Assembly (NCBI GenBank): GCA_963666835.2
Contig: CAXXGO010000006.1
Location: 832,001-896,000, forward strand
Source: Phycisphaerae bacterium
GTDB lineage: Bacteria; Planctomycetota; Phycisphaerae; UBA1845
Direction of reading: 5' to 3'
Length of the DNA: 64,000 nucleotides
Positions 31,101-40,575 of this stretch are shown one piece after another. Made by a program: the position numbers and the translations under genes. Positions within the stretch are counted from its first letter, which is position 1. Each line of letters begins with the position of its first letter. The notes under the pieces were generated by a model that ran no database searches, was not told the DNA's origin, and was given only the letters and a program-made list of their open reading frames with translations.

Positions 31101-31769
31101 GATGTTGAGGACCTCCTGGATATTCAGGGCAGCCTTGAGAACCCCCAGTGGCACGCCGCTATTGTCATCAATGCGCATGCAGAGATCGGTCGAGAATATG
31201 GCTGCGCTTTCATCGAATTCCACGTCGCCTACATAGACACCGTCGCGGTTGGCCAACACCCACCAGTCTTCATCGTCCTGGCGGTAATCCGAGGTCCGAT
31301 TGGTCTGTGCGACGTTAGCTCCGTAGCGATTGGTGACAAACACTTCGCCGAAGACTGGGTAGCCGTTTTCCTGCTCGAGCATATCAAGTCGGATGCTCAT
31401 GTCCTCTGCCAACTCGTTGCTCATCAGACGCTCCAGAAGCGACGTCGGTGCGTCTTCTGCGGCAGCGCGCCATTCACGGTCCTGCTCGTCGATGTGGCGT
31501 TGCCTGTCTTTGAGAGGCTCGAACTCGAGATTGGAATCGCGAAGAGTGCGCTGCACGAGCGGGCTGTGTGTGTAGGCCTTCCACTCGGCGATTCGAGTAT
31601 GCATCACCCGGTTGATCTCGTCCAAGATTGCTCTGGCGCGTTCGGCAGACGTTCGTTCGATGGCCTGGCGCAGGCTATCTTGACTGGCGGCCGCGGCGTA
31701 GAAGGCAACCCCCCAGATTAAGGTAACTGGCAGCGCCGTTGCCAAGGTCAGTTTGTGTGTGATCTTCAT
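28116..31769 (-). CDS. Sensor histidine kinase (Cache-like, HAMP, multiple PAS, HisKA, HATPase)
   Basis: Two TM helices, repeated DIT PAS/PAC ends, AHEINTP H-box, DPFFTTK and GTGQGL. Contains a poly-Glu tract. Confidence 0.93.
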   Translation of the reverse strand: MKITHKLTLATALPVTLIWGVAFYAAAASQDSLRQAIERTSAERARAILDEINRVMHTRIAEWKAYTHSPLVQRTLRDSNLEFEPLKDRQRHIDEQDREWRAAAEDAPTSLLERLMSNELAEDMSIRLDMLEQENGYPVFGEVFVTNRYGANVAQTNRTSDYRQDDEDWWVLANRDGVYVGDVEFDESAAIFSTDLCMRIDDNSGVPLGVLKAALNIQEVLNIIDSRAVNCHHADHNHPLVLFTKDKRIIRSSAETPEAFLSDGSRYFSNVTFVTDEDVLMTERFDKATGQKHLTVYAESQGFGSFDGLGWILLLEDPADTVFQPVAALRGNILLIAAGATLLALGLSGTVAIPLSRRVRRLADANVALGRGNLDATVGVSGADELAQLGESFNRMARERKKAEEALRAAKDYTENIIKSMIDMLVVVAPDGRIVSVNEATCRLLGYSQQELVGQPGSVLFSEEEEEEEEEEDTAQPILSQRALPVKRTVLHHLVENGFISNIEKSLVARSGDKIPVLMSGSVMSNNDGTVHGIVCIAQDITSRKQAETALRKSEERHRRLFEEARDGIFLADADTGMLVDCNRAGAELVGRDKSELIGQHQSILHPPSELVDGLSGTFRQHTQDSEGLILETQIITSTGDIKEVAIKVNSIQIDNVRLLQGMFRDITDRKRAEEQLAMFREFAEASGQGLGWADLEGRIQYTNESLCRMFGEESRDDTIGKVVAGYYDQETQQRLVAEIFPTVLREGQWVGELDIHGANGVVTPTFNNIFAIRDEHGVPKWYANVLTDITARKRAEVQLQEAHTQTKLLLESISSILIGVDRDGRVTAWNAAAERTFGIRAQDAQGRVFDRLEIEWDQAAVAEGISECLTKTKPTRLDEVRFKKLDGTDGFLGMTLNPLNGGPDKHGGFLLVAADITEQKILQHQLGEAQKLESIGQLAAGIAHEINTPTQYVGDNTRFLQDSVQDLIKIVDRYAELLAPDRGPRNWDERTAEIKAALEELDIDFLREEIPKAIAQSLEGVERVARIVRSMKEFSHPGGDEKQMADLNKAIESTLTVSRNEWKYVAEMVTDFDSLLPLVPCLLGDFNQVILNMIVNAAHAITDVVGKDSGDKGTITISTRRDGDWVEIRVSDTGTGIPETLQSKVFDPFFTTKDVGKGTGQGLAIARTTVVKKHGGELSVESEAGHGTTFVIRLPLEAKPGENARADSHEETHSLC
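30354..30383 (-). repeat. (GAA)10 microsatellite encoding Glu10
   Basis: Ten perfect TTC units on the plus strand. Confidence 0.95.
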
Positions 31770-31903
31770 CGACGAATCCTCGTCATGGCGGCCCGGCGAC
31801 GATGTCAATCTGCTGCAATGACATCGCTTCCGAAGCTGAACAGCAGGATGGGAAGTGTCTGCTCATAGATCACTCGAGTGCACCAGACCGGTGCACGTTT
31901 GCC

Positions 31904-32122
31904 TCATAAAGACAGTGCCCGGTGCTCCGCAGCGGTGGTAGGGCGCTCCTCAGCGTGCTTGCACATGTAGTGCTCAATGCCGTGCCTGGGAATGCGCCAT
32001 ATTCGTCCGATCTTCCATGCCTGAAGCTCCCCGTTGGCAGCTAGTCGGTAGACCGTATCTGGCGAGACCTGCAGCAGTTCAGCAACCTGCCTTATGGTCA
32101 GGATTTCTCGAGTTGCATTCAC
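31904..32122 (-). CDS. Excisionase-like helix-turn-helix protein (HTH_17)
   Basis: LTIRQVAELLQVSPDTVYRL...KIGRIWRI; AAGGAGG before GTG 32122. Confidence 0.85.
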   Translation of the reverse strand: MNATREILTIRQVAELLQVSPDTVYRLAANGELQAWKIGRIWRIPRHGIEHYMCKHAEERPTTAAEHRALSL

Positions 32123-32311
32123 GTGCACCTCCTTGCGAACTGAGCCCAACAGAACGGCACGAAACCCAACAGACAGGATATCGCCAAACAAGACGTAGAT
32201 GTTGATGAAGGGTTTCCAGCCTGACGGTCTGAGCTGAGGTGGGCAGTGTATAGGACTAAGAACAAGGTGCGCGCGTTAGTCCGTTAATGCGCGCTTAACC
32301 AAACGTCATCG

Positions 32312-33475
32312 GTGCAGTACACGGGTCTTTGTGACCGCGCGCGGAGCGAAATCCCGAGACTCGGATGTGGTGGCTTCGGCACCCTCAAGGGTTGGGTGCC
32401 AGATAACCACCGCATAACGGATACCGGAGAGAGCGTCCTTCTTCCCGGGGCGGCGTTGATCGTGGACGGCTCGTGGACCCATAGCGGAACATTCACCGCC
32501 CTCGACGCCTCTGTGCTATTCAAGATGGCTTCGACGAGTGGGACCATGCATCTGTCCGACGTCGAATTCGTGGCCGGGGAGCTTGCGGTGCTGTCAACCG
32601 GGAGCGTGATCACTCACGGGGAGTTCTACTCCGACGTTCACAACGACGGCGAGATTATAACAACGGCTGACACGTTGATCGTCGGCGATCTCGTCAACAA
32701 CGCAAGCGGAGAGATCACTGTTCAGGTGGGAACAACGACCCTGATCGGGTCCTTAACCAATAACGGCACGATCGTCGGAGATCTACAAACCGCGCGGAAG
32801 ATGGGCGGGCAGCGGGCAGATGGTGATGGAATCGCCGTTCAGGGCGACTACATGGCCGGGGCGCTCTCTGCGCTGGTCATGCCCGATGCGGTCTGGGCGA
32901 TTTCCGTCAAGGGGCGGTATGACAATGCGGTGAACGACAGCTCGCGGTTTGACATGGTGCAAGCCGAGCTGGCCTTCGTCGGCACGGGGCAGACCCAGAC
33001 CGTCGAGGTGATGAGCACGGATATCGGAGCCGACCCCATCGGGCTTGATCGCAGAAGACCGGGGCATTTTCCGATCGGGACGTTTCGGGTCGGACCGACG
33101 GCCACGACCGTGGTGTTGGTTGATGCCCACGACAATGACAACCTCGGGCAGGCCGCTCGGGAGGCGCTCTATGTGCGCGACCTCATCGTGGAATCCGGAG
33201 CAACGTTGGCTACGGGCGAGCATGCGGTCTATTACGAATCGTTGGTGCTAAACGGCGGTGTCGATAATGCTGACAACCTGGTGGCGGTGGTCAGTGCCGA
33301 TCCGGACATCAACGGGGACGGGCAGGTGGACCTAGCTGATTATGCCAAGCTGGCCGAGTGCCTGACCGGCCCGAACGGAGGTATCGCCCCGACCTGCTCC
33401 GCCGCCGACCTCGACGGCGACCAGGATGTCGACCTGGGCGACTTGGCCATACTCCAGTACTCGTTCGTCGATTAG
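32312..33475 (+). pseudogene. Probable C-terminal fragment of a large secreted beta-rich protein with a dockerin-like module
   Basis: No signal peptide or clear RBS; ends in DINGDGQVDLADY...DLDGDQDVDLGDL. Confidence 0.55.
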
Positions 33476-34072
33476 CGGTTCGGTCAACAGGGAGGAAAGG
33501 CGTCAGTGGCGCCTTTTCCTCCCAATATCGTGCGCCGCGCAGATTCGTGGCTGAATATCGTCCACTATGTGGTTGTTTTTCACCTGTGTGGACCTATGTA
33601 GCCGACCGGCCGGCGGCATGACGCGACGTTGCCGTTGTGCTCCGAACTCCTGACTAGGAAAGGACTTACGGCTGCCGGGACGTTCGCCGGTGGTCTTCGC
33701 GGTCGTCCGGCGGGAAACGTGTCAGGGTAGTTCTCTAGCCTGACACCATTTCCCGTTCTTCAAGAACGATGTCTACCTCACGGCCCGTGTGAGTTCGGAA
33801 GTGGAGTAGCTCCCGCCTCGTCTTGCTCCACCACGCCTGCTCGCGACGCTCCATGACAAGGAAGTCCTCCATCAGCGGCCCGGCCTATTGGGGTTGTTCA
33901 TGATACCCAGCGCATTCCACGCTGCCGGCAGCCGTGTTCAGTGCGTTTGAAGGGGCGGGCGACTTCGTGGGGATGCATCGCGTCGTCGCATCTGGTATTT
34001 TGCTCGTTGTCGAGCGTATCAGCGTATGCGGAGACAGTCGTCCTGGGCGAACCACAGTGAAAGGGGGCTGGA

Positions 34073-35140
34073 ATGACGATCGACGAAATCCAATCGATGT
34101 TGGAGGGCCGCGGCAAGCGGTACTCTTCCGAAGAGGTCGCGCGGAGCATGAATGCCTATGGGGAGATCGTCCCGCGCTGGTACGCTGAGCTGTGGACTAA
34201 CGCCGCGATCTTCGATGCCGACATGTACGTGTACGAGGAGGATCTCGATGACGAACTATGGGCAAAGGTCAGCGTGCTTCGACTCGACGGCCCGGACGAC
34301 GGTTGGAAGAAGGAGCAGGTTGAATTGACGGAGGCGGGGTACTTCTCGTTGGGCTCGTGGCAGGGGTATGCCTATTGGCTGATTGCGCCCTCGCGTTCGA
34401 CGGACTTGGAGGCTCCTATCCACATTATCGATCATGAACTCGTCGGTGAGGTGGACGAAATCCACGAGATCGAGGGAATCGAGACCTTCAGGGGGCTGTT
34501 GGACAGCGTAGTGAACTGGCCAATCCTGCGGGCAATTGACAAGTGGCGGGAAGTCATGGAATGCGAGCAACCGACCCCGGATCCGACCGCATCGCTCGAC
34601 GAGGGCGGGGGAGCGGAGACGGTGGCGGAGTTCTGGGAGAAGATCCCCGAGGATCGACAGATCAAGGCCGCGGAGGACTACTCCTTTGGGGTTGTGATGG
34701 GGGCTCTGGCGGGTGAGTATCCTGAGCCCGTCGAACTGGACGAGGATTACGCTGAACTACCTGAGTATATGCAGGCGGCGCTGAGGCTCGATCTTCGCAA
34801 CAAGATGCAGCGCTGGGAAGAGGCGGACATTGGGCCTCTTCCGCACTATGAAAGCGAGGAACTGCCTGACGCGTTACAGTATTTGTGGGAGCACCTCGAG
34901 GGTAGGCCGCTCGGGCCGTGGAGGCTCCAACGGGGGGGCGACCTGCTGCGTTCCCATTCTGCGGCTTTGGAACGCGGGATTCCCCACAACTTCTTCGTTA
35001 TCGGGCGGAAGGGCCAGCAGTTTGTGACGCTGGACCTTACTCGTCCCGGGGAGTTCGGCGATTGCCCGGTAGTAACCTGGCCGGACGGACAGGAGCTGGC
35101 GCCGTCGCTCGGGGACTGGTTGTTGGCACAGACGGCATAG
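34073..35140 (+). CDS. Acidic hypothetical protein, possibly tandem SMI1/KNR4-like immunity domains
   Basis: Segments IIDHE...TFRGLL and FFVIG...LDL...DCPVV...LAPSLGDWL resemble SUKH/SMI1 C-termini. Confidence 0.5.
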   Translation: MTIDEIQSMLEGRGKRYSSEEVARSMNAYGEIVPRWYAELWTNAAIFDADMYVYEEDLDDELWAKVSVLRLDGPDDGWKKEQVELTEAGYFSLGSWQGYAYWLIAPSRSTDLEAPIHIIDHELVGEVDEIHEIEGIETFRGLLDSVVNWPILRAIDKWREVMECEQPTPDPTASLDEGGGAETVAEFWEKIPEDRQIKAAEDYSFGVVMGALAGEYPEPVELDEDYAELPEYMQAALRLDLRNKMQRWEEADIGPLPHYESEELPDALQYLWEHLEGRPLGPWRLQRGGDLLRSHSAALERGIPHNFFVIGRKGQQFVTLDLTRPGEFGDCPVVTWPDGQELAPSLGDWLLAQTA

Positions 35141-35356
35141 TCCTCGAGAATGCGTAGCTGAAGGATGGCGTTCAGTCGGGACGATCGTGGGCCCTGTCCA
35201 TCCATAAGGACGCCCCTTTGTCATCCGTTGCAGAGGGAACCGGGACGGGAACGAGCGTTCTGGAAATGGTCTCGGCATGGCTGAGTGCGATCCTGGAGGC
35301 AAGCTCTTCGACACCGCGGGACCGGGGAGCCGGCAGCACTTACGGATCAACGAATC

Positions 35357-36013
35357 ATGGAAGAACACCGTAACGAGACGATGGGCCGCAGCGGTAACCG
35401 GTGGTTTGGTCGAGTGGTCCTTGCGGTCGGGCTGTTGGCGTTGGGGTACTGCCTGTACGACCTGATGTACCCGGGGCATTTTGTGGGGGACATGTACGGG
35501 TTGGAAGTGATGGGGCGCCTCATGTTGCTTGCGGGCCCGGCGGTCGCTCTTTTGCTGAGCGGCGTGGTCCTCCATTTTGCATGGAAGAGGGAAGGCCGGG
35601 CGCCGCGCGTCGGCGCGGGCGTGGTGCTCTTGGTTTCCGCGTTAGTGCTGGTGGCAACGGCCTGGCACGTTGCCGGTTCCCGGCGGCAGGACGCTATTCG
35701 CGCACAGTATCCCACGAGAGGCACGGACGAGCTCCTTCGAATCGCCCGGGATCAGAAGGATTCGTTTGCCGTTGAGGAGTTGCTGATCCGCAAAGACCCG
35801 GCGGCCGTGCCGGGTTTGTGCGCGATTCTCCTCGACGATGACGAAAACGTGACACTAAGAGGCAGCGCGGCGCACGCCCTGGGTGAGATCGGTGGCGATG
35901 AGGCGAAAGCCGCGCTCGAAAGGGCACGATCCGGTAGCCCTCCCGAAGTGCTGAAGATCGCTATTGACTACGCGTTGGAAGTCAGGATAACGCCACAGAC
36001 TTCAGACGAATAG
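35357..36013 (+). CDS. Membrane protein with C-terminal HEAT/PBS-lyase repeats
   Basis: Three hydrophobic helices, then AVPGL...LRGSAAHALGEIGG. Confidence 0.7.
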   Translation: MEEHRNETMGRSGNRWFGRVVLAVGLLALGYCLYDLMYPGHFVGDMYGLEVMGRLMLLAGPAVALLLSGVVLHFAWKREGRAPRVGAGVVLLVSALVLVATAWHVAGSRRQDAIRAQYPTRGTDELLRIARDQKDSFAVEELLIRKDPAAVPGLCAILLDDDENVTLRGSAAHALGEIGGDEAKAALERARSGSPPEVLKIAIDYALEVRITPQTSDE

Positions 36014-36332
36014 CCTGCGTCTTTTCGGTCGAGAGTGGTCACCCTACGCGAGCGGGGCGTCGCACTTTTTTCAATAAGACCCCTTGCACTGACCAAACTT
36101 ATGGGTATGATCCCGCGATTCGTACCGAGACTACGATGTTGATTGGTTGCTTCGAGGAGAAGTACTTTTGCTCCGTTGGTCGAAACAGATGCATGCTGGT
36201 GTAACACCCCCCCGCAATGACGAAAGTCGTTCGCGCCGTCCGGTCGTCAAGCAAGATGACGGGTTAGCGGCGAACACTGCGGGCACGAGGGAGTTCCCAC
36301 CGGGTCGTAGTTAGGGTGTTTGAGCACGCACT

Positions 36333-36375
36333 CAAGCCCCAGCGGCCCGGACCAGGGTCGCTGGGGCTTTTTTTG
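36333..36375 (+). terminator. Intrinsic terminator-like hairpin
   Basis: AAGCCCCCAGCGGCCC...GGGTCGCTGGGGCTTTTTTT. Confidence 0.65.
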
Positions 36376-36686
36376 TGGAATGAGCCGAAGCCGCCCTCTG
36401 ATGCAGCGGCCGAGCACGCTGCGATGCGGAGAGTGTGCGCGCTGCGCGTGCGTCATCGAGTTGAAACTCATCCCGGATTGTTCATGACGTTCGCATAAAC
36501 GCGCGTGACTCACTATAGCGCCGCCCCTTGCGGGTGGCGTCATGGAAACACCGGAGGCTTTGACGCCAGGGACAAGCCCTGGCGCTACATTGGTTTACGG
36601 CCTGTAATCCGTTTGGATGGACAATACGGATCAGTTGTTTTGAACGGTAGGACTATTCTCCTTCGATTGAATGAAGGCATTGAACT

Positions 36687-38492
36687 ATGAGTATCTTCAA
36701 GAATTGGTTGGAGTTGAATCTGACCCGGGCGGCCCGCGCTGGAAAGCTCGAGCGCGCTGTCGAGGTGGATGATGCATTGCAGGAGCTGGCTAATACGATC
36801 GACGCCGGCTTGAACGCGATCGTTGTGGGCGAGTCGGGCGTCGGAAAGACCACGTTGGTGCATGAGTTAGTAGCCCGGGCGACGCAAGGGCGAGGTTCGT
36901 TGCGGCTGAGGGGTCGGGTGGTCCTGCAGATTTCGTTGCGGCGGCGGCTGTCGGGTCTGGCGCAGCGTTACGAGATCTACGGAGAGGTGCAAAAGCTCTT
37001 CGACGGGATCCGGAATCTGCGTAGCCCTCCGGTCGTGTTCATTCGCGACGTGGACCTGGCCTACTCCTTCGATCTGGAGGACCAACTGGCCGGGCTGGCC
37101 TGTGCCAGTGAGGTTATCCTCATCGGCGAGGGTAGTGAGCAAACGGTGTCGGCGTTGCTTGAGCAGGAAACTGCTTTGCAGCATCGTTTCGGGATCGTTC
37201 GGGTCCAGGAGCCGGATTGGGATCGGGCCACGCGGATTGTAAACGGCTGGGCGTTGCGACAGAAAGGGAAGGAGTTCTCCGCCCTTGCGGTCGAGCAGGC
37301 GGTAGCACTCTCGCACCGTTTTCTGACGCGGAGCAAGCTGCCTCGCAAGGCAATCGATCTGCTGAAGCACGCTTCCGCGGATACGAATGCTAAAACGCCG
37401 GTAACGGCGGCGGCCGTCATCAAGCGGTTGTCCGCGCAGTACCGAATCCCGCGTGTGTTGGTCGACCCGGACGTCCCGCTTGACTTGACGAAGCTGAAGC
37501 ACTCGTTAGCCAAGTCGGTAGTGGGGCAGCAAGAGGCGGTGGCGGCGGTGGTGGACACCATCGGTGTCATCAAAGCCGGTTTGACCGATCAGCGTCGCCC
37601 GTTGGCGGCGATGCTGTTCACCGGACCGACCGGGGTGGGTAAGACGTTGATTGCCCAGACCATTGCCACGCGACTGTTCGGACGGCGTGATCGCCTGATC
37701 CGGGTCAACATGGCCGACTACAAGTCGGAAGCGGACGCGTTGCTGTTGTTCGGCGTTCCCGGTGACGGCAACACCGCGTTGCGGCGTGGCCAGTTGACGT
37801 CGCGAATGGCGGGACATTCGCTGGGCGTGCTCTTGCTGGACGAGTTCGAGAAGAGCCATCCGGCGGTCCACGACCGGTTCTTGCAGCTGATGGACGAAGG
37901 TGAGTTTATCAACGGTGCCGAGGAGCGAGTTTCGTGCCGGTCGTTCATCATTATTGTCACGACCAACGCGGGGCACGCGCACGGCGAAGTAACGGCGGTC
38001 GGGTTCCGACCCGGCTTGAACGGGCCGCAGAGCCCGGTCGACGAGTTGGCAACTCACTTTCGTTATGAGTTGCTGAATCGGTTTGACCGCGTGGTTCGTT
38101 TCAGGTCCTTGACGGAGGACGACGCCCGCGAAATCGTCATTGCGGAGTTGCGGCAGCTTCAGTCGCGTATCGGGCTGAGGCAGCAAGGTCTGACTCTTGA
38201 GGTGGACCGGCATGCGGTCGATCTGTTGGTTCGCCGAGGGTACGACGCTCATTGTGGGGCAAGGTACCTGCGCCGGACGATTGAGCAGGAAGTGACGACG
38301 GCGATTGCTCGGCTGCTGGTGTTCGGTCGGCCGCCGGAGAACGCGCGGGTTCGGATCGTGGCTTGCGGTACGACCATCGGCGCGATGTTTGCCGAACGGC
38401 GTGAGCGGGCTGAGCTTCCGGGGCGGCCGCTGCAACGAGCGGGGCTTTCGCGTCCCCCGAAACAACGGTCGAGGCCGGTCGTCGTTGCATAG
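36687..38492 (+). CDS. ClpA/B-like two-AAA ATPase lacking the N-domain
   Basis: Walker A motifs GESGVGKT and GPTGVGKT; LPRKAIDLL, LLDEFEK, ELLNRFD and GARYLRR. Confidence 0.85.
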   Translation: MSIFKNWLELNLTRAARAGKLERAVEVDDALQELANTIDAGLNAIVVGESGVGKTTLVHELVARATQGRGSLRLRGRVVLQISLRRRLSGLAQRYEIYGEVQKLFDGIRNLRSPPVVFIRDVDLAYSFDLEDQLAGLACASEVILIGEGSEQTVSALLEQETALQHRFGIVRVQEPDWDRATRIVNGWALRQKGKEFSALAVEQAVALSHRFLTRSKLPRKAIDLLKHASADTNAKTPVTAAAVIKRLSAQYRIPRVLVDPDVPLDLTKLKHSLAKSVVGQQEAVAAVVDTIGVIKAGLTDQRRPLAAMLFTGPTGVGKTLIAQTIATRLFGRRDRLIRVNMADYKSEADALLLFGVPGDGNTALRRGQLTSRMAGHSLGVLLLDEFEKSHPAVHDRFLQLMDEGEFINGAEERVSCRSFIIIVTTNAGHAHGEVTAVGFRPGLNGPQSPVDELATHFRYELLNRFDRVVRFRSLTEDDAREIVIAELRQLQSRIGLRQQGLTLEVDRHAVDLLVRRGYDAHCGARYLRRTIEQEVTTAIARLLVFGRPPENARVRIVACGTTIGAMFAERRERAELPGRPLQRAGLSRPPKQRSRPVVVA

Positions 38493-38497
38493 CAGTG

Positions 38498-38557
38498 AAG
38501 AAGGTGCCAGGATGAGTTTTTTTTTGGCCGTCCCCTAGGCCATCCTGGCACCTTCTT
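38498..38557. repeat. 17-bp perfect inverted repeat (terminator or REP-like)
   Basis: AAGAAGGTGCCAGGATG ... CATCCTGGCACCTTCTT just after the AAA gene stop. Confidence 0.7.
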
Positions 38558-38714
38558 GTGTTTTATCGGATCACAAGCGGCGCCGGAGGTGGGGATACGC
38601 GCGGGTCCTCCCCGCGGTTGCTCAATTGGAATGTAGACCGTTGACGGGTTGTACGGCGTTCGCTACATTTGCCCGACTGTGCGTCCGATGACGTCGGTAG
38701 TTACGGCTTTACCA

Positions 38715-38787
38715 GCCCCCATCGTCTAGTGGCCTAGGATACCGGCTTTTCATGCCGGCGACAGGGGTTCGAGTCCCCTTGGGGGTG
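38715..38787 (+). tRNA. tRNA-Glu(TTC)
   Basis: GCCCCCA/TGGGGGT acceptor stem, CCGGC-TTTTCAT-GCCGG anticodon arm, GGTTCGAGTCC T arm. Confidence 0.96.
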
Positions 38788-38813
38788 GTTTTCATTCCCG
38801 TGGTAATGCGCAT

Positions 38814-40562
38814 GTGATGATCAACGCGGAGATAGGCCGGGCCTTTGAGCGGATCGCCGATTTGCTCGAGATCGACGGGGCCGACCGCTTCCGGATCAAC
38901 TCCTATCGCCGGGCGGCGCGGGTCTTCGCCGATCTGGCCGACAACGCCGCGGATCTGGCGTCCGAGGGCCGTCTGACGGATCTTCCCGGTGTGGGGAAGG
39001 GTACGGCCCAGCGGGCTCTGCAGTTCATTCAGACCGGGCGAATCGATGTACTGACCGAACTCGAAAAGAAGCTCCCGGCGGGGCTACCGGCCTTGCTCGA
39101 GATTCCCGGCCTGGGACCCAAGAAGGTCGCCTTAGCCTACCGCGAGCTGGGTGTCGGCGGGCTGGCTGACCTCAAGAAGGCGATCGGCTCGGGGGAGCTG
39201 GCCGGGTTGCCGGGGCTCGGCGAGAAAAGCGTGGCCAAGATCGCCGAAGGGCTTGCTTTTCTGGAAGGGAACCGGGATCGGGCCCTTCTGGGGGTCGCTC
39301 TGCCGATGGCGGAGAGCCTGGCCGAGCGGCTGCGGCTGTTGCCGGGCGTCCGAAGGGTGGAGATTGCCGGTTCGATCCGGCGTGGGGCGGAGACGATCGG
39401 CGACGTGGATCTGCTCTGCGACGCGGCGGACGGGAAGCGCATCGTCAGCGAATTCGTGAAGTTCGAGGAGGTTGAGAGGGTGCTGGCCCGGGGGGAGACC
39501 AAGGGCTCGGTCACGTTGAAAACCGCAAGCGGACGCGAGATGCAGATCGACCTGCGGGTCGTTGCGGGGGAGTCATTCGGGGCAGCATGGCAGTATTTCA
39601 CCGGGTCGAAACAGCACAACGTTCGGCTGCGCGAGCGGGCGGTTCGCAAGGGCTGGCGGTTGAACGAATACGGACTCTACACCGGTGAGCGGCGTCTTGC
39701 GGGGCGCGACGAGGAGGGTATCTACCGTCGCCTCGGGTTGGCCTGGGTGCCTCCAGAGCTGCGCGAGGATCGCGGGGAGTTCGAGCCTGACGCCGAATTC
39801 GGCAACCTGGTGACCGAGAACGACGTGCGTGGCGAGCTTCACGTCCACACCACGGCCAGCGATGGTCACGATTCGATAGAGGACATGGCTCTGGCCGCAA
39901 AACGGTGCGGGTACGCGTTCTTAGCGATCTGCGATCACTCCAAGAGCAGCTCGATAGCCGGGGGATTGTCCATTGCGGAGATGAAGAAGCACATTTCCGC
40001 GATCCGGGCGGCCGACCGGAAGGTCGCGGGGATCTCCGTTCTGGTCGGTTGCGAGGTCGACATCCTCTCGGACGGCAGTTTGGATTATCCGGACGAGATT
40101 CTGGCCCAATGCGATTGGGTCGTGGCGAGTATTCACTCGGCGATGGGTCGCGGGCGGGCGGACCCGCACAATCCGACGGTCCGGACCCTGGCGGCGATGG
40201 AGAATCCGTACGTTTGCGCGATCGGGCATCCTACGGGGCGGCTGATCAACCGGCGGGCGCCGATGGATCTGGATATCAACGCTGTTATCGAAGCGGCCGC
40301 ACGGACCGGGACGATCCTGGAAGTCAACGCCCATCCCGAGCGTCTTGATCTGAAGGATACACATGTTCGCAAGGCCTTGGATGCGGGCGTGGCGTTGACG
40401 ATCAATACGGACGCTCACGAGACGGCGATTGTCGGGCAATTGCGTTATGGGATTCTCACGGCGCGGCGCGGCGGGGCTACGCCGAAGGATGTGGTCAACT
40501 GCTTCACGTTGGCCGCCTTGCGAAAGCGGATTGCGGCCAAGCGCGGTGCGGCGTCCTCGTAG
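38814..40562 (+). CDS. polX: DNA polymerase X with PHP domain
   Basis: HhH motifs, GSIRR...GDVDLL, YFTGSKQHN; PHP motifs HVHT, CDHS, HPTGR and NTDAH. Confidence 0.95.
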   Translation: MMINAEIGRAFERIADLLEIDGADRFRINSYRRAARVFADLADNAADLASEGRLTDLPGVGKGTAQRALQFIQTGRIDVLTELEKKLPAGLPALLEIPGLGPKKVALAYRELGVGGLADLKKAIGSGELAGLPGLGEKSVAKIAEGLAFLEGNRDRALLGVALPMAESLAERLRLLPGVRRVEIAGSIRRGAETIGDVDLLCDAADGKRIVSEFVKFEEVERVLARGETKGSVTLKTASGREMQIDLRVVAGESFGAAWQYFTGSKQHNVRLRERAVRKGWRLNEYGLYTGERRLAGRDEEGIYRRLGLAWVPPELREDRGEFEPDAEFGNLVTENDVRGELHVHTTASDGHDSIEDMALAAKRCGYAFLAICDHSKSSSIAGGLSIAEMKKHISAIRAADRKVAGISVLVGCEVDILSDGSLDYPDEILAQCDWVVASIHSAMGRGRADPHNPTVRTLAAMENPYVCAIGHPTGRLINRRAPMDLDINAVIEAAARTGTILEVNAHPERLDLKDTHVRKALDAGVALTINTDAHETAIVGQLRYGILTARRGGATPKDVVNCFTLAALRKRIAAKRGAASS

Positions 40563-40575
40563 TGCCACCCGCGAT

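Noticed and set aside
33476..36686. Integron cassette array
   Set aside because: No attC-like RYYYAAC...GTTRRRY boundaries or intI gene were recognised.
38715..38787. tRNA-Sec, because the loop contains TTCA
   Set aside because: The 7-nt loop TTTTCAT centres on TTC, and there is no long variable arm, so this is tRNA-Glu.
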